Shown piece after piece: positions 13,556 to 26,166 of a DNA stretch of 64,000 nucleotides. Position 1 is the stretch's first letter. Each line of letters opens with the position of its first letter. The notes beneath the pieces are model-generated. The model saw only the letters and a program-made list of their open reading frames with translations, searched no databases and had not been told where the DNA came from. This DNA comes from Paecilomyces variotii (lineage: Eukaryota): the NCBI GenBank assembly GCA_004022145.1, contig RCNU01000001.1; one strand, 5' to 3'. The translations under genes and the position numbers were made by a program.

Positions 13556-15434
13556 ATGTCTTTTCCATTTCAACTTGAGAATCTACAGCTTCTGCACATC
13601 TTTTGGCCGCAGCTGGGAGCTATTCTGGCAATTCTCTATTTGCTGTGGCTGAAAATAGTGCATTATATCAGGCTAAGACATATTCGCGGCCCATGGTGGG
13701 CAGCCATCACTAGAATTTGGATGTTGGGAGCACTAGCATCTGAGGATTCATCGAACATTTATATCCGTGTCAATCGCAAGTATGGTTCGTATCTATGTTT
13801 CTCCCAGAAAAAGCTGGCTGTGTTCTCACATCCTCAAGGACCTCTAGCTCGAATTGGGCCAAACCATCTCCTTCTTAGCGATCCAGACAGCATCCGCACC
13901 ATTCTCGCGGCACGGTCACGCTATACTCGAGGACCATGGTATGATGCTCTGCGGATTCACCCTCATAGGGCGAATCTGATTACAGAGCGAGATGAACGGA
14001 AACATCAGAAGCTCCGTCACCAGATGGCTGCAGGTGTAAGTTGTCTAACTGTCGTTTGACGCACTATGGTCTGGCCAGTTGACCCTTGCAGTATAACGGA
14101 AATGATATTCCAAGCCTAGAACCTACGATAGACGAGAGAATCCATGAATGGCTGACGTACATTGACTCTTTTGGCATCTCTACATCTTCCTCAACCGTGA
14201 AGTTTGATATAGCTCGAAGCCTGCAATATCTGACTACCGATATCATATCCCACTTATGCTTTGGAGAGCCCTTTGGTTTTGTCAAGACTCATGATGATGT
14301 CTATGGATTTCTGGCAACTCTGGAATCTCGGCTTCCTATTGTGGAAAAGTTCTCTGTGGTGGTCGAGCTAAGCAGTCTATTGTCCGCGCTATCATATATC
14401 CCTTATTTCGAGCACTGCGTGCTACCCCAACCGACAGATGAAAATGGGTTAGGTAAGATACTTGGGGTATGTTCACTCGAAGTCACAGTCCTATAAAGTG
14501 GTGCGTATACTTACGCTACTAGCAGATATCGAAGAGGGTAGTAGATACACGTTTTGAACCTAATTCTATTTGCCGGACGGATATTCTTGGATCTTTCTTG
14601 AAAAACGGAATCTCTAGGAAGCAAGTGGAATCCGAGATCACAATCTCGTTGTAGGGGCTTTCTATTATCCCACTACCAATCAAAGGTTCAAGAGCTGATT
14701 GATCTACCAGATTTGCAGGTTCAGACACTACGGCCAGCGGTCTTCGCGGTACCTTACTTCACATCGTAACTAACCCGAACGTCTATGCAAAACTAAAAGC
14801 TGAAATCGATGAGGCTGTTTCCAAGGGCTTAGTTTCATCACCCACACAAGCGCACGAAGCGGCAAAGCTTCCATACCTCCAAGCATGCATCAAAGAAGGC
14901 CTACGTATCTTCCCACCGATCACTTCTCTTCGCGAACGTGTAGTTCCCCCAGAGGGAGACACTATTCTAGGGAGATTCATACCTGGTGGGACTAACATCG
15001 GGATTAACATGGCTGGCTCGTTACTAAGCGACATATTTGGACCTGATCCAGATGTCTTCAGGCCAGAAAGATGGTTAGAAGCGGATTCGACGAATTTGGC
15101 GCAGATGGAGCGGGTCCACGAGCTTGTATTTGGTCATGGGGCAACGCGATGTCTAGGGATTCGTATCGCGACAATGACTCTCAATAAGGTCTTCGTTGAG
15201 GTATGGATTAAGCTTATTCTTGGTCATTTTGCCGTTCAGGGGAAAGTTGTCCTTTGCTAATCCCAGACCTAGCTTTTACGCCGCTACGAAATATCAGTCA
15301 CAAACCCAATCAATCCTTGGAAGAGCCGATGTCATGGGATCTTCTTCCAGCGAGATTTCTGGATTCGAATCACACTGAGAGAGAACGACTCAGCGCGTAA
15401 ATGTTCTCTATCATTGCAGAACAATCAGCTGTGA
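13556..15434 (+). CDS. Cytochrome P450 (pisatin-demethylase-like group), multi-exon
   Basis: GPLARIGPNHLL, FAGSDTTA, LPYLQACIKEGLRIFPP, FRPERWL and heme motif FGHGATRCLG. The last exon LLRRYEISV... ends at TGA 15432-15434. Confidence 0.9.
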
Positions 15435-16999
15435 TATGTGGAGGGCATGCTTTGAAGCAAGTCAGTCTTATATTTTTCCCGGCTGTAAAGCTTGCCATCT
15501 CACTCGTGTTCATACTACCGCTTCATATTCACTGATAATATGTATTCCTGTTTGATACTCCTATGTAGTCTAGGTGCTTAAGTACATACATAATCTGTCA
15601 TTGTGGGTTTCCCCAGTGTGACTTGCGGTTGAGATTTGCTTTTTCTCCATTTACCTTGCCTTACCCGCGATCTTATCAAGCTATCGGCTAAAGTTGTTCA
15701 ATGTCGGTCTGGGCCGGTGTATGTATATGATACATCCTATAGCAAATAAAGATAATGTCGTGATCCGTACCGACTACTACGTGCTCGCGTGATTAATGCA
15801 AAGCCACTGTGCCGCGTCCGCTGTCCACGCATCACCAACCGCCAAAGAGAACCAGGTTGGCAGCCTGAATTTACAATTGGCTACTCCAGAGACAACCCTA
15901 GAGATACTCCATGTATGTGACTTTGATGTGAGCTATTGACCGACATCTCACGCTGATCCCTCTCTCTAGCAGTTTATTACAGAATATCGCGGCGGGATCT
16001 CGATAGATCGCTGTTTCAGCGCTCTTGGCAGCAGGAAACGCTGCGGGGAATAAAACACAATATTAGGGTCTAGTTTGCGGTTCAGACCATCGCAACATAC
16101 TCCGTACACGACGCGGATAGATCTTACTTCGATAGTATGAGGCGGCTATTGCTGCAGTACTGCGCTATGTACTGAAAATAGATTTCTAAGTGCCCGCACC
16201 GATTCCCGTATCGGCCGGCCAACCAACGGGAAAAATCGTATACTATATTCATGCATCGGGCAGAAATAACTAGGATGTTGGCTCTTCGGTCTTTCGAGTC
16301 GTTAATCTCGATTTCGTCCGTCGCTGGAAGCCTGTCATCGCGTGGTCTGTATCAGCCCCGAGCTCACCCTTAACAGGAGAGCGGGCCCGCTCTGAGCCCT
16401 TGCGCAGGGCATCTACCGAACTAAATAGAGAAAGACTGTACGAGATCGAATATCTGGTACAAGCATTGCTCCGCATCTGGTGTGGGTAGGAGAGCCACCG
16501 TATATGCTTTCTTTCCGCGGAGGGGAAATACGGCGGTGGAGATAGGGAATTATTTTCACCTTCAGTTCTTCTCACAGACTACTGTAGGTGCTAAGTTGTT
16601 GTGAGTCTCAGCAGCCCTCTTTACTGGCATGGTCAGGAAGATCTATCTTGGCCTGCCCCAGGTAAGCTTCTACTACATGTTGGATCACCCTAGGACACTT
16701 GGTAACTAAGTACCGTGACCATAAATTAGAATGCTGAAGTGGGGTTATACTCCTTTACCTGGCCCTGATAATGGATACGCCAAGTCTAAAGAAGGAAATC
16801 CACAGCTTACTATGTCTTAGCAAGTCCCATTATTCTCCGCAGAATATCATGGCACCTAGTCCGTCCGTTAAATCTTTCCTTGGCAGCTTGACATGATACA
16901 AAAGGATGGTATCTGCGTGGGTAGCTCTCTGGCGTCCTGTTCTGTGATCATATTCAGTTCTAATTTGCATTGCAGTTTCTACTGTGTTGTTGTTAAAGC

Positions 17000-19429
17000 A
17001 TGGCACTTATATCGAAGAGCCTAGTATGTTGTCTGTTTTTGATGTTTGGCCAGCTCGTCAGCTCAGTTACTGGTCTAGAGCTGTCGGTGTCAACTTCTGG
17101 AGGCAACGAGTCGAGTTCGATTCTCTATGGTCTTATGTTTGAGGTATATTATATTATTTTCCTCTCTGTTTACTGTCGCTGAGTGCTATTTTACCTTGAC
17201 AAATTTGTGGCATAATTTATTCTGTTATCTACCGATTACTAGCTACTTTACGCTTTCACGGTTACAGAGCACCTCCGAACTCATATCAGAGAATTGACTG
17301 CGTTAAGGACTATCAACATTCTGGAGACGGCGGTATCCATGGCCAGCTTCTGCAGAATAATGGCTTTCAGGGCCCAAACATAACTTTGGTGGCATATGAT
17401 GCCATTGGAGACGCAACATTGGCTGTAGATACCGAGAACCCCTTATCAACAGCTATCACGCGGTCACTAAAGGTTTCGGTACCTGAAGGAGCCTCGGGAG
17501 AGGTGGGCTTCTCTAACGCAGGATACTGGGGCATTCCAGTCAACGAGGACGAGTACTGGAACTCCTTCTATATCAAAGGAGACTACAATGGACCAATCAC
17601 GCTTCGTTTAGTCGGTGCTGCTAGTGGGACAGTGTACGCGTCCAACACGATCAACGTCGTCAGCAACAGTTCGGAGTTTTCGTATATCGAAACAAAATAT
17701 ACAGCAAATCAGGCTCCAGATGGAAATAACCTGTGGACTTTATCATTCAATGCTTCTAGTGTTGCTGGCAGCGAGCTATATTTTGATTTATTCCAACTTT
17801 TCCATTCTACGTTCAACAACAGGTGAGTATATCGCATTGTCAGCTGTTCTGGGAATCTGATATACTGACACCTTCTCAGGACTAATGGACTAAAACCCGG
17901 TATTGTTGATGTTTTGACAGGTCTTAATCCATCTTTTCTGCGCTTTCCAGGAGGGAACAACCTGTAAAGTTTTGGCTACTGACTGGATCCCGGGATATTT
18001 GAATGACTGACGTGAGATAGTGAGGGATGGACTCCTGATTCACGTTGGAAGTGGAATGAGACGATTGGTCCATTGACGGACCGTCCTGGTCGTAATGGTT
18101 CATGGGGTTATACGAATACTGATGCCCTTGGTGAAGTCCTCGCATGATAACATTCTTTATGGTGCGCTAACTACAAAAAGGTCTCAATGAATATTTCCTT
18201 TGGGCTCATGACATGAATTTGGTGCCGCTTCTCGGGGTCTGGGATGGTTTGTCATTGAATGGCCCTATTATTACCGGCGATGCCCTGGATCCCTACGTTG
18301 ACGATGTTCTCAACGAAATAGAGGTATTCTCACACACCTTGTCTCTGCTACATGTAGATAGCGTTGGTAGTGACTGATGCAGTACATCATCGGGGATACG
18401 AGCACAACTTATGGTGCTCTACGCGCCTCTCATGGATTTCCCGATCCGTGGCCCTTAACACATGTAGAGATCGGTAACGAGGACCATCTACACAACGGCG
18501 GCCCTACCTATGCAGAGCGCTTCACGGCCTTTTACAATGCTATCAATTCTGCCTATCCACAACTCACCATTATCACTAGCACACCGCTATACCTACCAGA
18601 CCCGAAACCTGCCGGAATATGGCTCGACTGGCACCTGTATTCGACTATGGGGTATATGGTCGAACAGTTCAACAAGTTCGACAACGTCGACCGCGCTTTT
18701 CCGTGGGTAGTCACCGAGTACGCCTGTACTAAGTGGAACAATGGCACGAACGTACCTTATCCGATCATGCAGAGCTCCGTTGCGGAAGCAGTCTTCATGA
18801 TTGGCATAGAAAGGAACAGTGATATAGTCAAGATGGCAGCCTATGCACCGTTACTTCAGCTGGAGAATTATACACAATGGACAGTGAGTTTCTCTCGTTT
18901 TTCTCTTTTTGTTGTCCTCGCCGTGGAAGGTATGTTAAAAGTGTCTGACACTTACCAGCCAAACCTCATCCCTTTCAACCAAAACCCGAATAGTATTATC
19001 AAGACCACGAGCTACTACGTACAGCAGCTCTTTTCCACCAACCGGGGTGCAACCATTTTGCCCGTTACATCAGACGAGGGTTTCAATCCTGGTAAGAACC
19101 CCCGTTCATCCGTCTCGCTGTCTCTGCGAGGTTCAATCGCTTTTCGAGACTGACATGACGCAGTTTATTATGTCGCCTCTCTATCATCAGACAACAGCAC
19201 TTACTATGTCAAGTTGGCCAACTATAATGGTACCGCGCAGGACGTCAACATCACTATCGACGGGGCTTCCTCGGGCAAATTCACTCTCCTGTCTAATGGC
19301 TCACCACTTGCAACTAATGACTTGACCGAGACACAAATCACTCCCCAAACGAGCTCTGTCGAGGCAACTGATGGTAAATTCCAGGTTCACCTTCCCGCCT
19401 GGACTGTGGCTCTTTTGGCAGCTAGCTAG
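17000..19429 (+). CDS. GH51 alpha-L-arabinofuranosidase, secreted, multi-exon
   Basis: Signal peptide; LYGLMFE/..[28 protein letters not shown], acid/base EIGNED, nucleophile region VTEY, and [16 protein letters not shown]. Confidence 0.92.
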
Positions 19430-19704
19430 GTTGGAGTGTCCTGAAAGATGCGATATATATAATCGGTTACCCACATGTTTAATTTATTTGTTTTATTACT
19501 CTTCGTGGTTATGATCACCAGCAGAATACATCCCTAACCACTTGCATACATTCGATTCTAGATACCACATTTACTACCTTTACCGTCTACCCCATTAGCT
19601 ATTCAAAGAACGCACGAAACAAATCCACCGTAATCAAACATCTTCATACCAAGCACCATATGTAGCTTCAACAAACACAATCCCGGACCGTTCTATCATC
19701 CAAT

Positions 19705-19776
19705 GGGGTCGTGGTTTAGTGGTATAATGCATCCTTAGCATGGATGAGGTCCGGGGTTCGATTCCCCGCGACTCCA
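19705..19776 (+). tRNA. tRNA-Ala(AGC)
   Basis: Acceptor GGGGTCG/CGACTCC, anticodon arm CATCC-TTAGCAT-GGATG, T-loop GTTCGATTC, downstream T-run. Confidence 0.97.
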
Positions 19777-20318
19777 TTACCTTTTTGCGCTTTCTCTGTT
19801 CATTCTAAACGGCGCAGAAATTTTTCCTTTTCTCCCTTTTTTTTTTTTTGGTGAAATGGCTTCAGTCCGGTCCATTGCGGGAGTGGTGTGGATCCGGCCG
19901 TAGTCCGGTTATGCCAAGTGATGGGGTTAAGGGCTACGGTCACACGTGATCTGTTATTTTCTCGCCTGCGGTTGAAAGATTGTTTCACGCATAGGTGTGC
20001 ATGGGCTGCGTGGAAGTAAAAGGTAGTCTAGTAAGTACTCTATGGTAGTAGTGGACTGAGGAGCCTTCTAGCTAGCAGATTTAATCATATAGTCTATATC
20101 TCTCCCAGAATTGCAAAACTCCCTGTTTCCGTAACAAGTAAATACCGGAACAGTTTTACCACCGCAAACTAATCACCAAAAAGAAAGCACTTGCTATAAT
20201 CGAGCGAGCCCTTTTGCCTGTCCGCCGCTAAGGAATATGTATATCTTCTTCAGCATCGAGAGCCATGCTCAAAAAATGAATGCGACAAGTATAGGTTTTT
20301 CAAAAAAGCAAAAAGTAA

Positions 20319-20390
20319 TGGAGTCGCGGGGAATCGAACCCCGGACCTCATCCATGCTAAGGATGCATTATACCACTAAACCACGACCCC
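20319..20390 (-). tRNA. tRNA-Ala(AGC), identical to 19705-19776
   Basis: Exact reverse complement of the first copy, with a T-run terminator on the minus strand. Confidence 0.97.
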
Positions 20391-20782
20391 ATTGGATGAT
20401 ATATTACGTCAGGTAGGAGTGATTTATCAAGAAAAGAAGGATTTCATATTGTCAGAAGACGCTAGTAATTTATTTTACGCATGGTATGGGATGCTGCTGT
20501 TTAGGAGGGTACGTTCTGGGTCTCTGTCTTGGGTCCGTGATATGTTTTTCCTATTGTACTGGATTCTTGTATAGCATTCATAACCGGGATCCTAGGGTTA
20601 ATGCGATACGTTGGTGTTTTACTGTGATGGGTCGAACGTTTAAACATAATTGGATCTTTGGAATGTATCTCATCTATGAGTGTTCTGATAATCCATAGCC
20701 CTGTTGTCTCCAAAAATGCCCATATTCCAACCAAACGCAAGATTAGACCAACCTAAAAGAACAAGAAAAAAGGTAAAGAACA

Positions 20783-22444
20783 TTACGCCTTAACAATATC
20801 AAAGCCCTTGAAACTAGGAAGTACTTCTCTGATCTCTGTCAGGTACGGCATCATGCCACCGGCATAGTTGACCTGCTCGAACGGTTTCCCGGGGACACTG
20901 CCACCCATGAATGTAGAACGGGTGGTTGGGAAAAGAGTGATGTCAGAAAGGTGGTTGATGTGCTTCTTCCATTCCTTGGCGGATTCGGGCGTTGGGTTTA
21001 TATACTTGATGCCTTGACGCTCCATTAGACGGATGGCATCGACAATCCAGCGACCTTGGACTTCAACGCTCGTCGGACCGTTACTGAAGAGAGTCGGACC
21101 CTGAGCTCCGTACAGGTGGAACATGTTCGGATAGCCGCTCACGGTCGTTCCTAGGTAGGTATAGGCGCCAGATTTCCATTCGTCCTCAAGGTTTGTGTTG
21201 TTGATACTGCGGAGACCCATCTGGGTCATGCTGCCAGTGGTGATATCAAAGCCCGTGGCAACACAGACAACGTCTAATTCGTGCACGGTGCCATCGGCCA
21301 GTTCAATGCCAGTTTCAGTAAACCTCTTGATCGGATTGTTTTTGACGTCGACGACATCCACGTTTGGGCGATTGAACTGTTCGAAATAGCTCTCTTCTAA
21401 ACACGGGCGCTTGATTCCGAATGCGTGTGGTGGCTCCTCGGGAGCGAGGAGTTCGCGCTTCTTAGGGTCTGCAATTCTGGCTCGTGTCTTCTTGGCCCAG
21501 AAGTTGTATATTTCTCTGTTGGCTTTGAGGTCAAATAAGTAGTCCTTGTAGTTAGCCAACCAGAAATGGAATCCACCGTCTTCCCATATCTTTTCGAGGA
21601 AAGCTTGTCTCTCTTCTTCGGTGTCTTCGAAAGTATTCCGCTCGCAAAAGTGGTATGTAAATCCTGCAAAGCATTTCTCCCGTAGCTCAAAGAGTTGCGG
21701 GTAATGCTGCTTGCAGTGCTCTTGTTCTTCCACTGTAAGGTTCCTCCGACGCAAAGGGACAGCGAGATTGGGAGTTCGCTGATACACCTTGAGCGAACCG
21801 GCAACAGGTCCCCATGCTTGCGTGACCTGGACGCCAGAGGCGCCTGTACCGATGATGCCGCAGCGTTTTCCACGGACATCTACACCCTCTTCGGGCCAGA
21901 ATGATGAATGGTGGATAACGCCTTTGAACTTATCCATGCCTTCATATTCGGGGATGTATCGCTTCGCGGAGAAACCAGCCCCGATAACCAGATATTTCGC
22001 CTTAGCAGTTCTGCCGTCGGCAGTTTTTACATGCCAACGGGCCTCGTCCAGATTGAATTCGGCCCCCACGACCACGCTCTCAAATGCGCAGTCCTTCTTG
22101 ATGTCGAGGACTTTTGCGACATGGTCGAAGTAGGCCCGCAACTCCTTGTAGCTTGGGTAGTTCGTGCTCCACGTCCAATCCTTGTAGGTCTCCGGGATCG
22201 AATACTGGTACTCCGGAACTTCGGAGTCAACAGCAGCTCCAGGGTAGCAATTCCAACGCCACGTGCCTCCGAGATCTTTGCCAGCCTCGTATATGACCGT
22301 CTTGAGTCCGCGTTTCCGTAACTCATACAACATGAAAACTCCACTAAAACCCCCACCTACAACTAGGGCATCGACTTCAAGGTTGTCCGCGTAGGGTCCG
22401 GTCGTATCCCTCCGGTTCGCGTATTCCTTAAGTTCGGATCGCAT
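20783..22444 (-). CDS. Type I Baeyer-Villiger monooxygenase (cyclohexanone/phenylacetone monooxygenase family)
   Basis: Intronless, about 553 aa. Two Rossmann motifs (GGGFSG, GTGASG), GGTWRWNCYPG, BVMO fingerprint FKGVIHHSSFWP, and ATGFD. Confidence 0.95.
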   Translation of the reverse strand: MRSELKEYANRRDTTGPYADNLEVDALVVGGGFSGVFMLYELRKRGLKTVIYEAGKDLGGTWRWNCYPGAAVDSEVPEYQYSIPETYKDWTWSTNYPSYKELRAYFDHVAKVLDIKKDCAFESVVVGAEFNLDEARWHVKTADGRTAKAKYLVIGAGFSAKRYIPEYEGMDKFKGVIHHSSFWPEEGVDVRGKRCGIIGTGASGVQVTQAWGPVAGSLKVYQRTPNLAVPLRRRNLTVEEQEHCKQHYPQLFELREKCFAGFTYHFCERNTFEDTEEERQAFLEKIWEDGGFHFWLANYKDYLFDLKANREIYNFWAKKTRARIADPKKRELLAPEEPPHAFGIKRPCLEESYFEQFNRPNVDVVDVKNNPIKRFTETGIELADGTVHELDVVCVATGFDITTGSMTQMGLRSINNTNLEDEWKSGAYTYLGTTVSGYPNMFHLYGAQGPTLFSNGPTSVEVQGRWIVDAIRLMERQGIKYINPTPESAKEWKKHINHLSDITLFPTTRSTFMGGSVPGKPFEQVNYAGGMMPYLTEIREVLPSFKGFDIVKA

Positions 22445-22787
22445 AATGACGAGTGGGGCGAGAATCGGACGATATCGGGCGAGTGTATAGATTTGTGGTT
22501 TGACTGTGATATTATTATTGTTCGGTCTCAATCCCTGAAGCTGAGATACCAGCTTTCCATCTCAAATATATATCCTACCGGTCGACCTGGACCCCAGATT
22601 GTCGCATTGTACTTTCCCCGCAAATGCTTCCACCTCATCAGCATGATCACTCGGATAAAGGCCCAGGGAATACTTGAGAGAGCCGCATTCGGTCACACAG
22701 AATGTCTATGACACAAAGGCCACCACGACTGCCATCTCCGCAAAATCGAATCAGTGGAACTCAATGTATTGGCCTGGAATCCGGGGT

Positions 22788-22799
22788 TGCGGATCCGCA
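22788..22799. promoter_or_regulatory. AlcR-type palindromic site TGCGG-N2-CCGCA
   Basis: TGCGGATCCGCA read directly in the BVMO/esterase divergent intergenic region. It matches the inverted-repeat architecture known for AlcR targets in A. nidulans alc promoters. Confidence 0.6.
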
Positions 22800-23892
22800 T
22801 CGGTCCATGATGGTTTTCTTGAACCGCTTCCCATCTATATGTCACGTGGACCGTCCATGATCGGCGTTGCCATTTTTCAGAACTTCACAGAACTTACAAA
22901 CCCAAGAACTCGTCGATATCTGTCTCAAACAGTAACTTCCTGGAGACGAAGTTTGGCAGTATGCGGTTCCGGCAATATCCAGATCCCCGCAACTAAGGAG
23001 CTTGAGACTTCAACGACGCCGGGATCGCCATTCCTATTTGACCGGGTTGATGTTCATGAGAACCGAAACGCGGGGTTTCTCCAGGATATAACTCCACTTG
23101 ATGCGGAGATCATAACTAGGACCATAGACGTTCCTAGGTGACCGTTGCCACCCACGCCTTGTCCTGGCCTCGACAATCCTAAAGGACGACAATCTCTCAG
23201 TTATGAGCACCTTGATGGCTGTTATCACGGGCAATGGAATATACACAACCCCCGTCCAATGTTGACGCCACTGAGTTATATGTTGGTTGTCAATTGTAGC
23301 GCTGGCGCCAGCAATCCGATAGATACCCATCATCCCAATGCACCGATAGACTTCAATGGCAGAAAAGCCTTGTCTTAATCCCTGTGTTGAACCCCTGTTG
23401 GCAGATCTGGAGCGTGGCCTCCCTACGATCCAGCGACATGGCTTGTAGCTCTATCCTGAACTCGAAATAAAGCCCGCATAACGGTGGGTCATCTTGTTTT
23501 CTGCTCCGCATGCCCAGAGCTATTCCTGAAAGATCCATAGCACCGGGAAAAGGGGAGCATATTTGCAGAGTAATGAGGGGTCGGCCTTGTATGCGGACCG
23601 AATCCATGCGGACATCATAAACGTTAGATAACAGGGCGCACGATCTACCGTACCTCCAAGCGCTTGGCTGATTTACAGAGGCTTTAGGAGCAAGTAGTCT
23701 CCAAAACAAGGTGCACTGCCCTCAGACGATGGCTCAATTCGGCCTGGTCTCACGATATCGTGAGCGGAAGAAGGAGCTGCCTCAAACCATATAAGATATC
23801 CTATCGCTCCCCTTCCATTATCAAAGATGTTTTTGAAGAGAAAGAGCTTTTCTTGGAAGAAGCCCTTACGATTTTTACGCTCCTCGCCCACA

Positions 23893-25293
23893 ATGGGAAC
23901 CCTCTCAGCTTCCACCGTCGAAACCCTCCAGCAGAAGATCGATGCTGCTTGCGCTGACCAGGAGAAAGGCATCCCAGGGACAACTATTGTTATAGTAGGC
24001 AAAGATGGGAAGGAAAAGTTTGCATACTCAGCAGGAAAGCGCGGGTATGGAAGTTCCGAGCCCATGACGCTTGACAACATCTTCTGGATCGCATCCTGTA
24101 CGAAGATGGTTGTGGGGATTGCCTGTATGCAGCTAGTAGAGCAAGGGCTGCTCTCTCTGGACGACTCAAACCAGGTTGAAACACTTTGCCCGGAGCTCAA
24201 AGACCTCAAAGTGTTGCAGGATGATGGCACACTGGTCCCCAAGAAAAGAGGAATCACCTTGAGAATGCTCTTGTCTCATACCGGTGAGTCTGAACTCCAG
24301 ATGATCTGACCAAAGGCATCTCCTGACGATCAATAGCTGGGTTTGGATATACGTTCTTCAATAAGAAACTCCGAGATTACAGCAAGCCAATCGGCTATGA
24401 CGAGTTTTCCGGTCACATCTATGACATACTGCAGCCTCTGGTAAACCAGCCGGGTGAGGGCTGGGAGTACGGTGTAAGCAATCCGTCCCACTGGCAGAAT
24501 CTGAATTTCTCACACCCACCAGGTCAGCATCGATTGGGCAGGTATATGCCTCGAGCGTGTTACCGGTCAAACCTTGAACGATTACTTGCACAAGCATATA
24601 TTCGAGCCCCTCGGCCTCAAGAATATATCCATGTTCCCCACAAAGTCGATGAAGGAAAAGTTGGCATATATGAACAGCCGCGCCCCTGATGGCCAGCTGT
24701 CGCCCCGCGATCACCCTCTGCGCAGACCTTTGATTGTCGAAGGAGCGGAAGAGATCAAGAACTGCCTGAATAGCGGAGGAGCTGGTTGCTTTGCCAAACC
24801 GCAGGAATACTGCCGTGAGTGCCCCCCCTCGTCGCTGAGACATGCTGGTTGGTTCTGGACCTGACGGGGATGTTCAGAAATCATTGCTGTGTTGCTCAAC
24901 GATGGTACTTCCCCGACCACGGGTGCGAAACTGCTTCGAAAGGAGACCGTAGATGAGATGTTCCGCAATCAAATTCCAGAGTTCCCCCATTTCGGAACTC
25001 AAGGCATTCCAGATTCCAAGCCCGATCTCACCAACCCGATTCCAGACCTCTATCCACTTCCTCCGACCGGCGGACAAGGTTGGGGATTGACCTTCATGCT
25101 GACCGGAGGAGCTACCGGTCGATCGACAGGCACCGGCCATTGGGCTGGCCTGCCCAATCTTTGGTGGTGGTGTGACAGAGAGAAGGGGGTCGGTGGCATG
25201 GTGTGCGCGCAAATATTGCCATTCGTGGATGCGCAGGTCACGGGCCTGTGGGTTGATATTGAGACCGAAGTATACAAAGCTTTGGCCAGCTAA
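23893..25293 (+). CDS. Beta-lactamase-fold (family VIII/LovD-like) serine esterase, 4 exons
   Basis: SxxK motif IASCTK, LLSHT|AG, WEYG, IFEPLG and WAGLPNLWWWCDREKG. Three GT..AG introns near 24284, 24474 and 24815. Confidence 0.9.
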
Positions 25294-26166
25294 GGGATCT
25301 GAAGCTAGGCATATAGTCAGTAAATACGCCGTTCTTGTTGGCTGTAAACAGTGATTGATTTACTTATTGCTCCGTTCTGACCATCATCGTCCTTCTGCTA
25401 GTACTTACATAGCACAACGGGCTAGACCAACATGTAAACACGAACCTTACATGCAAGCTAGATCCTTTGGGAACCGGATTTTTAGCTCGTCTCCAACAAG
25501 AACAATAATAACCATCCAAGGGTTTTGAGTTGCGACAAAGTTCCGGTCGTCCGGGTATGGCATCCCGCCTGTCTCGCGGCGGCGGTTGAGATACCCGATA
25601 CTTTTCTCGAACAGACTCCGACTAATTCTTTTGATAGGCTCAGCTCGTGTCCTTTGCAAGGCTAGGATTCCGATCGCCACTGGGGATACTCGGGCGTTCG
25701 TGTCGTTTAAGCCCCTTCCGTCGTGCGGGGCGGAACCAAGAGGAAATGGGCCAGCTAGCGGCGAGTAGAGCGATCTGCTACAGGGCAAACGTTGAAGCCA
25801 GAGGGTTGATGCCTTGATGGAGCTGTTCCCGCACATACCCGATGGACACTAGATAGAACAGGGAGAAGTTAGAAGTCGTAAAATCGGGACGTGAGGCTAA
25901 CCTACCCCAGACTTCCCCGGACTGCGAGAGACGCAAGCGGAGGAGAAGACGAGGCCAAACGCTCAGCTGAACTCCCCGCAACAAGCCCCCTCACCGCTCA
26001 CCATCCAGTTCATGTTCATGTTCATGTTCGAGTTCGAGTTCATCTGTTCATGCTGGGTAACTCACTCACTTGACTCCCGTGTCCCTGCCTGGTCGCGTGT
26101 GACATCGAGGATAACTACCAGTCATTTCTCAACAGAGGATAGATAATCTGCTCCTCGTCGTTGTCC

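Noticed and set aside
15686-15692. GGCTAAA XlnR-type site upstream of GH51
   Set aside because: Single short match 1.3 kb from the ATG; expected by chance.
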